This document shows, one piece after another, positions 35,818-47,879 of a DNA stretch of 64,000 nt (position 1 is its first letter; every line of letters begins with the position of its first letter). Origin of the DNA: Psammoneis japonica (Eukaryota). The DNA is taken from NCBI GenBank assembly GCA_008632985.1, contig QPGO01000056.1, positions 1 through 64,000 of the forward strand, in the 5' to 3' direction. The position numbers and the translations under genes are program-made. The notes below the pieces were generated by a model that was not told the origin of the DNA, ran no database searches, and saw nothing but the letters and a program-made list of their open reading frames with translations.

Positions 35818-38624
35818 TTACATGGTGTGGCGTCTCTTGAGAGTGGAAAATCCCTTGGTGATTGAAAGACCGTCGTCACCATTAGCATCGATAATGACAG
35901 TGTCGCCGTTGCTGTATTCGCCATTCAGAATGCCTTTGGCGACGTTCGTCTCGACCTCACGCTGGATCGTCCTCTTCAACGGCCGCGCGCCGTAGACAGG
36001 GTCGAATCCAACCTCCACAAGGTGATCCATCGCATCGTCAGTGATCATCAACCTCATGTCGCGATCCGCCAATCGCTTCTCCACACGGTTCACCTCTATC
36101 TTGATAATCTCATGCAACGCATCCTTTGACAAGCTGTTGAATGTCACGGTTTCGTCAATGCGATTCAAAAATTCAGGCCTGAACCTGGCCTTCATCTCCT
36201 CCGCAACCGTTTCCTTCATCATCTTCTTGTCTTCTTCGTCTTCTGATCCAGCCAGATCAATGATGGAACGGCTGCCAATGTTGCTCGTGAAAAGAATTAT
36301 TGTGTTACGGAAATCCACCGTGTTGCCTTTGCCATCCGTAACTCTTCCGTCGTCCAACATCTGAAGCATCACATTGAACACATCAGGATGCGCCTTTTCA
36401 ATTTCGTCAAAGAGAATCACGGAATAAGGCTTGCGCCGAACGGCATCCGTCAACTGGCCGCCTTCGTCATGGCCTACATAGCCCGGTGGACTTCCAATGA
36501 GCCGACTGACCGAGTGCTTCTCCATAAACTCGGACATGTCAATACGGATCAAGGCATCCTCAGAGTCAAACATGAATTCTGCAAGTTCCTTTGCCAGTAG
36601 CGTTTTTCCAACCCCGGTCGGACCCAGAAACATGAGCGACGCAATAGGCTTGGTGGGATCGTTGAGCCCGGCACGGGAACGCTGAACAGCATCGGAAACA
36701 ACCTCGATTGCTTCGTCCTGTCCAACCACGTGCTCCTTGAGTTTGTCGCTAATGTGCACAACACGATCGCGTTCCGTCTCGCCCAACTTTTGTTGAGGGA
36801 TACCCGTCCACTTTGAGAGAACCTTGCTAATGTCTTCTTCACACACCTCGTCACGAAGCATCTTGTTCCTGCCGCCTGCCTTCTTGCTCAACTTGGCGAG
36901 TTTCTCTTCAAGAGGAGGAAGGACGCCGTACTTGAGCTGGGAGGCACGGTTCAATTCAAAATCACGTTCCGCCTTTTCGATTTCAAGCTTGGCATTAGCA
37001 AGTTCTTCTCTCACTGCCTTGATCTTGTCAACGCTTCCTTTCTCCCTGTTCCACTTGGAACTGAGTGCAAGCTGCTCTTCGTTGAGACGATCAAGCTCTT
37101 CGTTAATGTTCTCGAGGCGCTTCGACCTGTCACTGTTCTTGGCGGTGGCATATGCATCCTCTTCGCCATCTTGGTCGTAATCAAAGTCGGAATCGGATTC
37201 GAGAGAGATCTTTTCCATTTCGAGCTGCAAGATATGACGGTCTATTCGGTCCAATTCAGTTGGCTTGGAGGAGAGCTGGTTCTTGAGATTGGCACACGCT
37301 TCGTCGACCAAATCAATTGCCTTGTCGGGGAGGAAACGGTTTGAAATGTACCTCGAACTGAGTTTGGCAGCAGCAACAAGCGACTCGTCACGGACGCGAA
37401 CTCCATGATGAAGCTCGTACTTTGGCTTGAGTCCGCGAAGGATGCTAATCGTCTCATCGACACTCGGCTCATCGACCATTACCTGCTGAAAGCGTCGTTC
37501 AAGGGCCTTGTCTTTTCAATGTATTTTCGATATTCATCCACAGTGGTTGCACCAATACAGGAAATCTCGCCTCGAGCGAGGGCCGGCTTGAGCAAGTTGG
37601 ATGCATCCATTGATCCTTCCGAACCACCCGCACCAATCACCGTGTGGAGTTCGTCGATGAAGAGCACAATCTTGCCTTGAGATTCCTTCACTTCATCAAG
37701 AACAGCCTTGAGACGCTCTTCGAATTCGCCACGGTACTTGCTGCCAGCGACCAATGCACCCATATCCAATCCGATGAGACGACTGTCCGCGAGGGACTCG
37801 GAACGTCACCAGATTGATACGTTGAGCAATACCCTCTGCGATTGCGGATTTTCCAACACCAGGATCACCAATGAGCACAGGGTTGTTTTTCGAACGACGA
37901 GAGAGAATCTGGATTGCTCTGTCGACCTCGTCCTCACGTCCAATGCAAGGATCAGTTTGCCATCACGGGCGCGTTGCGTAAAGTCAATGCCGTACTTTTC
38001 CAAGCGCTTCCTCCTTCTTGCTGGGCACCATCCATTCCCATGGCTGAAGGATCCAATCCCATTCCCTTGGCCATACCAGCACCAAGCTGAGAAGGATCAA
38101 GTCCAAATCCGTTGGAGAGGAGCTGATTCATCATTTGCGACATTGCATCATTGCTACTCGTAGCGGGCGACGACGGCGGCGGCGAGGGGGCAGAACTCCT
38201 GTCCCTTTGGCGTTGCGATTGCGCAACATTTCCTCCATGGCCTGCAGGTACGAATTGTACTTTATTCCACGGCGTTCAAACGCTTCTTTTGGATCGCCAC
38301 CTCGGCGTAGAATGTCTTCAATCGCTCTCATGGCGTCGGCATGACGAATGTTGCGTTGATGAAACGAACGACGAAGCGCAGGATTGCGTTGTGACTGTCC
38401 CATGGTTCCAAGAAGCTGACGAAGCAAACCATAAACTCGTCTGGAGATGAACCGCTTGAGTAGAAACTCACTGGAAGGGCGGTCTTTGAAGATTGAGCTG
38501 CTGCAGCATGAGTTGTATCATGGGAGCGCAAAGTAGCAAGAGCCGGAGCCGGAGGAGCAAATGCATCAGATGTCTTGCACACAGTGGCAAGGAGTAGAAG
38601 TAAAACAGAAGGATTGATCTTCAT
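35818..38624 (-). CDS. clpB: Plastid-targeted ClpB/Hsp100 chaperone (several frameshifts in 37480-38430)
   Basis: Signal peptide plus SDA-FAP motif. [23 protein letters not shown] (Walker A1), [27 protein letters not shown], coiled-coil middle domain, [10 protein letters not shown] (Walker A2), [25 protein letters not shown] and GARPLKR. Confidence 0.92.
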
Positions 38625-39059
38625 GGTTGTTGTTGAATAGTGGAAAGCGTTACGTTCGCTGCGTTTTGAAATTTGTGAGACGCCTCTTCGTTTTGAAATT
38701 TGTGAGGCACGATCTCTTTCTCCAAGACTGGAGCCAAGTCGTGCTCACTTTCGAAACTCTTCGAGTCTCTCAACACATTTACGCTTGAGGATAGTGAGGA
38801 AGAGTGCATTGAGGAAGCATTGTCCTTTGTCCTTCGCGTTGCCATTTGATGGCTGTGTTTCCTTGCCTTGATGCTTTCGTTGTGAGATTTGCGACACGCG
38901 TTGCATCCATTGATCGTGCAAAATGGTCAAAAACCGATTTCCATGGAAGCGAAATGGTCGTTTTGTTCATTTTTTGTCGTGATTGGCCGATGCACCGCAA
39001 TCGTGCGAAATTGCGAAAATCGATTGGACAGCTTCATTGACGCCCGTTTGGGCCGACGA

Positions 39060-40560
39060 CCAGAAAACAATGAGAGACATGATGTGTTGATTCCAAAGAT
39101 TTTCACAGAGAAGTCAACAACCTGAGGCTGAGATCATGTGGCTGGTGCTGGAAAACAAGAACCCACCAGCACANNNNNNNNNNNNNNNNNNNNNNNNNNN
39201 NNNNNNNNNNNNNNNNNNNNNNNNNNNNNNNNNNNNNNNNNNNNNNNNNNNNNNNNNNNNNNNNNNNNNNNNNNNNNNNNNNNNNNNNNNNNNNNNNNNN
39301 NNNNNNNNNNNNNNNNNNNNNNNNNNNNNNNNNNNNNNNNNNNNNNNNNNNNNNNNNNNNNNNNNNNNNNNNNNNNNNNNNNNNNNNNNNNNNNNNNNNN
39401 NNNNNNNNNNNNNNNNNNNNNNNNNNNNNNNNNNNNAAGCAACAACTCATGCACCCATGATCTTGTTGTTCTGAGCACAGCCAGGGGGGCATGAGCAACA
39501 AAGCAAGAACCCTGCTGCTGGGTGGTGGCATGCACACACGGCAGGTGCAGAGCAGCTGGCAAATGGCTCAAAAATGTGGGTGGCTTGCAAAAATGGCCAA
39601 ACTTGTTCATCAGCCCCTTTTGTTGGTGAAAAGTTCTCCTGACAACTGCTGCTGACAGCCATGACAGATGACACATGGGTGGCACAACTGGCTGGATGTG
39701 TGCACACCTGCACAAGCTCCAAACCAAAAAGAGGCACAGCTTGTCATGTCTTTTTGGGGTGGGAAGATTGTGGATGGTGACCAGCCCAGCTGGCTCTGGC
39801 TGCACATTCTGCCAAGCATCAAGTGTCTCTGAAGAAGAAGGCAAGGAAAGTGCAAACAAAAAGATGACTGCAGTCTTTGCCCCCAAGAGCAGCCAGCAAA
39901 TGGCTCAAAAATGTGGGTGGCTAGCAAAAATGGCCAAACTTGTTCATCGGCCCCTTTTTTGTTGGTGAAAAGTTCTTCTGACAACTGCTGCTGACAGCCA
40001 TGACAGATGACACATGGGTGGCACAACTGGCTGGATGTGTGCACACCCGCACAAGCTCCAAACCAAAAAGAGGCACAGCTTGTCATGTCTTTTTGGGGTG
40101 GGAAGATTGTGGATGGTGTGGCCAGCCCAGCTGGCGCTGGCTGTGCGTTCTGCCAAGCATCAAGTGTCTCTGAAGAAGAAGGCAAGGAAAGTGCAAACAA
40201 GAAGATGACTGCAGTCTTTGCCCCCAAGCCATGTGGGGGGGGTTTGCTCGCTGCACACGAAAGACTTGCATGAGAGATGATGCGCCAAAAAAGTGCCTCT
40301 CCTGCACAAAAACAGGTGCTGACCCACTCTGCCCAAAAGGCCCGATGGATCAGGAAACAGAAGCCAATGACCATTTTTGCCTTTGGCAGTCACTGCTGGG
40401 ATCTGACGATTGCAGAAAAGTTGGAAAAGCACAGCAAGAGAGCAGTGGAGCGAGAAGAGAGTGTGCTCAGGAGAGGAGAGAGGGAACTCGCTGAGTTTTT
40501 AGAGAGCTTGCCAACAACCAAGAATGATGACACCCACAAAAGCAGAGTTCAACCACTTGT
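39060..40560. other. CpG/TpA-depleted domain C (includes N-gap 39174-39436)
   Basis: Same dinucleotide signature, lying between clpB and the V-ATPase gene. Confidence 0.8.
39551..40226. repeat. ~337-bp tandem duplication (2 copies)
   Basis: agcagc..gcaaatggctcaaaaatgtgggtggc...gcagtctttgcccccaag at ~39551-39887 and ~39888-40228. Confidence 0.9.
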
Positions 40561-40994
40561 AACTTGGACATGTTGAGAAAAACTCACATTGGCAGTTGAT
40601 TTCAACATCCTCATGGAACAGTCTTGTCCATTGGCAGCAGAGTTCGTTCGTCGTGGCGATCAAATTTCCTACTGCGATTCCGGATTCCGCCCGACCAGGG
40701 TAGAATGGGACATTTAGAATATGTAATATGGCTAGAATATCCATGATACTCAGGATCAAATAAAGTTGACTAAACGGAGTTCGTTGGCGAGTCATTTTTC
40801 TACGTGATCTCCCGTGGAAGTACGATACAAACGGAAAAGACGTTAGACTAACAATTCAGTACCAATGTGCGTACAATTCTACTGATTGCGTAGAATACAC
40901 ACAGCTTTGTACTGCACAAACACTTTGCATCGCTCGGCACACACAAACCCCGCACTTTTTGCACAACAGCTTGTTGTGCCCAACCACTGCAACC

Positions 40995-43972
40995 ATGGCA
41001 AAATGGTTCCGTTCCGAACCGATGGAGTATATCTCCCTCATTGTTAATGAGGATGCTGCGCATAGCTGTCTTGCTGATTTGGGTAACCTTGGAGTTATTC
41101 AGTTCACAGACGTGAGTCATTGTTGAATTTTTTGTGGTGTTCGCTCCGGTGTTCGCGCGGGCATTGGGGCGTTGAGTGGTGTCTGGACGGAATATGAAGC
41201 GACACTCCCATTGCGAGCGTCTTTAGCCATGGCAATGAATTTATATGAAGCAATGTTGTCTGAAATACGACAGAAGGCGAATTCTGTTTCATCACGGATG
41301 ATCATTGTCGCATTCATATTCGTTGCGGTGTTCGCACGTGCGACTTTTTTAGTTTCTCGTCATCAATCTCCTCACTTTTTCCTTGTTTTTATTTTCGTCA
41401 GTTGAACCCTGATTTGACGCCCTTTCAGCGTCGTTTTGTGTCGTATGTCAAGCGATGCGACGAACTTGAACGCAAACTTCGTTTCTTTACGAACCAGTGC
41501 GACGGCTTCAACCTTGAGCTTGAATCGGCTGGAAACGTTGATTCCTTTTTGGAAAACTCGGCCCTATTGGGTCCCGATGGAAAGGAGCAAAAGACTGGCG
41601 CACAGCTCTTGGAGAGCCTCGAGGTGGAGCTTGACGGATACGAAACCCAGCTCCGTGAGCTCAACAACTACAGTGAGAAGCTGACAGTGGAGTACAATGA
41701 GAAGGTTGAGCTTCAGGAAGTGCTCGAGAAGGCTCGTCGTTTCTTCATGACGGATGCCCCTCGTCTTGCTGTATCGGAACTCACCACTTCTGCAAGCCGC
41801 GATACTGGAGGACCTGCGGGATCTCGCACTGCCTCTCTTTTGGAGTCTGAAGGTGAAGGCGGCGGTATGGATATGGATATGCGTTTCTCGTCCATAACTG
41901 GAGTTGTTGCAACCGAAGAGAAGGTCCGCTTTGAGCGCATGGTGTTCCGCGCCACCCGTGGTAACTGCTACATTCGCTTTGCACCCATCCAGCAGCCCAT
42001 TACGGATCCCGAAACTGGCGTCTTGACCGAGAAGTGCGTCTTTATTGTCTTTTACAAGTCCCTCTCGATTGAGAGCAAGCTGAAGAAGATTTGCGACGCG
42101 TTTGGTGCCCACCGTTACTCTCTCCCCGACATGGACGATGCCTCGGCTGTCGACAGGATGCTTACTGAGAATGCCCAAGAGCTTGTTGACTCTCGTACCG
42201 TTCTTTTGAAGAACCAAGACACTCGCTTCCGCCTCTGCCAAATGTTGGCTCAGCACACGGAGCGCTGGTCTTGGATTGTCTTGCGTGAAAAGTCCATTTA
42301 CCACTCGTTGAACATGTTCAAGGCTGACGTGTCTGGAATGCTTCGCGGTGAAGGTTGGGTGATTGCCGAGTGTGTCGAGGACGTTCGCGACTCTGTCAAC
42401 AAGGCTCACGCCAATATGGACATGGCCATGCCAAGTATGGTGGATCAAGTGCCCCAGCCCTGGCCTACCCCTCCGACGCACTTTGTCACCAACAAGTTCA
42501 CGTATGGATACCAGGAGTTTGTCAACACGTATGGTATTCCAAGGTACCAAGAGGCCAACCCTGCCTTGTTTACGGCAGCCACCTTTCCCTTTCTTTTCGG
42601 GGTGATGTATGGTGATATCGGGCACGGCATGTGTATTTTCCTTGCCGGTCTCTACCTGCTTTACAAGGAGAAGGAGAACGAAAATGCCAAGCTGAGTGAG
42701 ATGGCCGATGGTTTGCACCAGGGACGTTACATGCTTGCCATGATGGGATTCTTTGCTGTCTATGCAGGATTCATCTACAATGATATGTTTTCTCTTGGTC
42801 TCAACCTCTTTGGATCGCGCTGGCAATTCGAAGGACAGAACGACGGATCTGTGGAGGAGGGCGACGTTGCCTATCCAACTTCTGCCTATGGCACGGATGC
42901 ATCGGTCTATCCCTTTGGTCTCGATCCTATTTGGCACGTGGCACAGAACGAGCTTTTGTTTTTCAACTCGTTCAAGATGAAGCTAAGTGTGATTATCGGA
43001 ATCATTCAAATGTTTGGCGGTACCTTGCTCAAGGGATGCAATGCTGTATTCTTTGGAGAACGGCTCGACTTTTTGTTTGAGTTCATTCCCATGGTTGCCT
43101 TTGCATGTTCCCTCTTTGTCTACATGGTCATTTTGATCTTTATGAAGTGGTCCATCAACTGGAACTCGCGCATGCTTTCCGCTACATGCCTCGACCCCAA
43201 TGGCGACACCTGGGGATCGCAAGACTATGATGGAGAATGGACTGTCTGCGACCAGTCGGGTGACGGTACCTGTACTCCTTGGGGAATGTCGTGTACTGGT
43301 TACGACGACACGGCAGCCAAGTGCCCTCTCGACTATGGTGGCTCTGGAGACGGTTGCCAACCTCCTAATCTTATCACTACCCTCATCAACATTGCCCTTC
43401 AGCCTGGTGTTGTTGACGAGCCCATGTATGAAGGACAGGCTGGCATTCAGGTGGTTCTCCTCCTTATTGCCTTTGCCTCGGTTCCGGTTCTGTTGCTTGC
43501 CAAGCCCTACTTTATTTCGCAGCAGCATGCTGACCACCGTGAAGTTGTCCACGCCGAAGATGAGGAACACGGTGACATGGACGCTGGTGACGACGAAGAA
43601 GAGCACGGCTTTGGCGAGATTGTTATCCATCAAGCCATTGAGACGATTGAGTTTGTCCTTGGTATGGTTTCCAACACGGCGTCTTACCTTCGTCTTTGGG
43701 CCTTGTCTCTTGCGCACTCGGAGCTTGCGACTGTCTTTTGGGAAAAAGCCATGGTTTCCACTCTCAACATTAACTGGTTTGCGGCGTACATTGGTTTTGG
43801 TATCTTTGCTGCCGTGACCTTTGGTGTCTTGCTCATGATGGACGTGCTGGAGTGCTTTTTGCACGCTCTTCGTCTTCAGTGGGTTGAGTTTCAGAACAAG
43901 TTCTTCAAGGCGGACGGACAGCGCTTTGTGCCGTATTCCTTCAAGATTTCCATCAAGGAAGCGAGTGCTTAG
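40995..43972 (+). CDS. V-type H+-ATPase V0 subunit a (Vph1/ATP6V0A family), 2 exons, ~895 aa
   Basis: Exon 1 40995-41111 reads MAKWFRSEPMEY...VIQFTD, followed by a gtgagt...cag intron. Exon 2 41402-43972 reads LNPDLTPFQRRFV...PFLFGVMYGDIGHG...SNTASYLRLWALSLAHSEL...LHALRLQWVEFQNKF. Confidence 0.96.
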
Positions 43973-44251
43973 GAGTTTTGACTCTCTGAATGGATAAATT
44001 CCTCGTGTGAAGTTAGTTTATACTACTCTACACGTAGTCTGTGTTTGGCTGTTACATGACTACTTTAGCGCTTGCGTGTGAACGATTTGATTCTGACAGC
44101 CATCAAATTATTTCTGAAAACGATTTGCTGTTGTTACATTTATATGATCTAGCTTCGACTTTTTTCTTCTTGCTGCAAGATGATTGAGTCACTCTAATTT
44201 ATGCTTCTTCTGACGTAACGTGAAAGGATTTCCTCCGTCGCCGTTTAGGCC

Positions 44252-47200
44252 CTAGTAGAATAAATCAGCCTGCGCCTCATCAGCATCTTCAAACTGATCT
44301 TCGGCAGGTGCAGCAGCAGGTGCTGGTTTCATCGGAGATTTCGCTACCGCCTCAGGTGTAGGCTTTGATTCCGAGGATTGCGTCGTCATAATCTCTTCAT
44401 GCTGGCCCTGAGGAGCGGGAGAAGATACATCGGCCGAGGCTTCTTTCTCCTTGTCCTCATCCTTGTGTGCGATTTCTTCCTTGTCATCTGCGCCGTCGGC
44501 CTCTGCTTCTTTTGTCTCGTCTTGCACCGTCGTTTGGGGCTCAGCAACTCCCTTCGTCGCATCATCGGCTGGCCCTTTCTCTGGCGTCTTTTTCACCGGG
44601 GACTTTTTTCCTGTCTTGACATATTTCTTCCTCTTCTTCACATCTGACTTTTTGGCCTCTTCACCTTGCTTTTGAATTTCTTGGTAGCTCTCTTCTTGCT
44701 CTTTAAGTGCCTTTTCTGCCAGTTCCTGGCGTCTTGCCGTGCTCTCCTTGACACGTTCAACTTCTTTCTGCAATAGTTCCAATTGCTCCTCTAGCTTTTT
44801 GACTCTGTCGGCCGACTTGAGGGGACTCTTCGTGTCGACCAAATCGTACGCTTTTGCTTTCTGAAAGGAGGGGTCGTGGTCATCTAGAACAATTTCACCG
44901 GCAGCAGCACGAAAGGCGAGTGCCATTCCAAAAATTCCGGTGCTGTCGACCGCAGAACCCGGAACAGTTATGGCATTGCTCACCATGTTTGGCTCCGTCT
45001 TTAGAAGGCGCGTCAAGTAGCTCTTGACAATGGCATTTGCGCGAGCACGCTTATCAGGAATGCCCTTGTCTGGTCCATCTGTACGGCGCCTCTTCTTCTT
45101 ACGCATCTCTTCCCTGAGAATTCTCTCGCGTTCACGCTTCCGCTTCTTGCGCCTGCGCTCCAATTCCCTTTGCTCCTTTTGTAGTTTTTTCTCCATGGGA
45201 GACTGTGCCTTGCTTTTTTTCTTGGCAGATCCCTTGCCTTTCTTGGCCGCCTGTTTCTGCTTCCTAGCATGGTCTGCTTTTTCCTTTTTCAGAGCAGCCT
45301 TATCCGCGTCTGCCTTTTGTTTCTTTCGAGCGTTGGCTCTCTTCTTGGCTTCCTTCCGTCCCGCAACAGTAAAGTCCACGCGTCCATCGCCGGCAAGCAT
45401 TTCATTCGCTTCGTCCTCATCAATAGCAGTCTCCTTCGCATCCAGGGCAGCCTCCTCCGTCTCATCGTCAGATTGGCACAAAACAGCATAGCTGTAGCCC
45501 TGTTCGCCATCCTCGTCCTCCTCAACATCGTCTTCGCCCAAGTCGCCGCAAGTGTCATTGAGTTGCAACTCAAACTCTTCGAGCGCCCACCGTGCTTCCT
45601 CGATGGCTGTTTGGTACGTTTTCGATCGCAACACCTCGTGGGTGCTAGCGCGGCTCGCTCTCTTCTTCTTGGTTACATTGCCAGCTGCGAGATTCTGGTT
45701 GGGTCGTCTTCGGGGTCGAAGTTTTCAACAATATCATGCTCCTTGACCCAGATAAATTCATGCGTTCCCATGAATTCCACCAAAAAGTAACTCTGTCGCT
45801 CCGCCGTACCATTCCGCTGCCGTTTCAGACCTTGTTCTGCTCTCTTCTTTCCGGCTTGCAGCTCTGATCGAAGTTTTTCGGGTAGTCGATCTTCGTTGCG
45901 GTCCGTCAAGGCCGAATGCCAAGCTTCCTTTTGGTCGTCAGGTGCCATGATACCAAGGACTAGCGCAGGCCAATAGGGTTTCTTGGAAGACTCTCTGGCA
46001 TAAATGGCCGCCGCCATACATCCCCAAATACTCGACTGGTTTACACCGCGGCCGTTGGCCTCACAGATCGGACAAATGATTTTTCCCATGATGCGTTCAA
46101 TTCGATTCTTGATGCGAATCCGTAGTCCCGGTCGGTCCTGAAACAAATCGTGCGCGTCATAGCACTTGCGAAGCCCCGCCACAAATTCCTCCACGGTGAA
46201 GTCTCCGGCACCTTCCTCGGCCTCTGGATCCTTGAGCGAAACGGCAAGCCTCGTGAGTTTCTGTTGAAAGCGTTGCAAGTTCTCCACAAACACATCCACA
46301 TCGCCCTCATCGTCTCCTTCCTGTGCTTCAAGTAAAACGGGTGCTTCATCCAGCACATCCACACGTCCACCACTTTTTAGAAATTCACGAATTGCGCCAG
46401 ACGCCTTTTCCAATGTCTTGGCACTCAACAAGGTCAATGAAATGGCTTGAGCACGCGCGGTTCGGTCCGCCTCGCGCTTTTCAAACGAGGCACGTTGTGC
46501 CTTGGTCTTGCCCACCGGGTCCGAGGGCAGCATGTACTCTTGCCAGAGCGAATTAAAGTAGTCACGTAAATGAATAGAAATGGAGCAAAACGACGGCATG
46601 GCCCGATCCTTGTTGGATGGGTGCGTGTGGTATCGAATGCAATTGCAAAAGATGCTCCACATGTCGAGGCGGACATCGCGGGTGTTTTCGTATTCCCGTT
46701 TACGAATTTACGGCACACCGTTCCAATATCCATTGGATACGAGATAATCTTGGAATAGGCAGGCAACAACTGTAGGGGGGGGGGGGAGACATAACGGAGT
46801 GTAGTGTTAGTAATAAGAAACTAAACCATGTCAGCATATAGTCATAATTCACTCACTTCTGGATGCAACAACGCCACAGGACGACTAAACTCCGCCAAAA
46901 AGGGCACCTTGCAAAACTGCTCCATCAAATTAATCATATTTTCAGCCTCGGCATCCGTCATGGCTCGACGGGATCTTCCATGGAGGGTCCTGAAATTCCA
47001 GCAACCTTTTGGGACGCTTGTAGGCGTTGCCTTTTTTTTCTTTTTGGGTTTGGTGGCAACTGCTGCAGCTGCTTCTTTTTCGCGCTTGACTCGTGCTTCT
47101 CCCAACGCCTTCGCCATGGCTTCGGGCTTGCCACGAGGGACAAGAGGAGCCTCTGGTTGCTGCGGAGTTGAAACCTCTTCGGCTGTGTTGCTGCTGCTGG

Positions 47201-47516
47201 CTGCGGGAAAAGGTTGCGGAGGTGGAGGAGGAGGAGGAGGAGGAGGTGGTGGTGGAGGACGATGAGGATGAGGCTGTGCTACTGAGGGATGATAGTGAGG
47301 ATGAGGATTCATGATTTCTTCACCATGCATTGGCTGAGGGGGATGAAGGGATGCTTGTCGCTGTAACTGCATCAGAGCAGCCATTTGGTTTTCGGGATGG
47401 GACAAGGCCGCGGCTGGATTTCCCGTGGCATACGCCGCGAGTGCTGTTGCTGCCAACCGTGCATTCTCATCATCATCTGGTGGAGGTGGCATCCCACCAC
47501 CACCAACTGGCCACAT
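44252..47516 (-). CDS. Bromodomain + PWWP chromatin reader with Lys/Arg-rich coiled C-terminus
   Basis: Exon 1 47516-46857 (Pro-rich; ...FLAEFSRPVALLHPE) and exon 2 from 46769: LPAYSKIISYPMDIGTV...DVRLDMWSIFCNCIRYH (bromodomain); KPYWPALVLG...YFLVEFMGTHEFIWVKE (PWWP). Two 1-nt homopolymer frameshifts (~46705, ~45700). Confidence 0.85.
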
Positions 47517-47879
47517 CTTGTTGTTGTTGATGTTGTTGACAGTTGCGGCAGAGCTCTCTATTATTCTCTATCGTTTGTTGTTAGCAATTGAATAGGCGGT
47601 ACCTTAGGTACCGGTAAGTACTTCTTCTACTGTAATGTTGTTGGTGACCGTGTCTGTTGTTGTCGTGTTGATGTGCGTTGTGCTCGTGCGTGTTGGTGCT
47701 GGGTGCTCTCCGTCGCGCCAGAGTGACGGGTGGACGATCCTGCCGACGACGACGACTCTTCTCACGCACCTGCCTCACTCATGCTGTAGAGGGAGTCTAG
47801 CTAGCTAGCATGGCCCACCTCATGGCTGGGCCCATGGCAGCTACACTAGAGAGCCCCACTCTAGCCAGAGCAGAGAGCA

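Noticed and set aside
41564..43864. Long antisense ORFs over the V-ATPase gene (also 34328..35200 and 15423..16022)
   Set aside because: Shadow frames of codon-biased genes.
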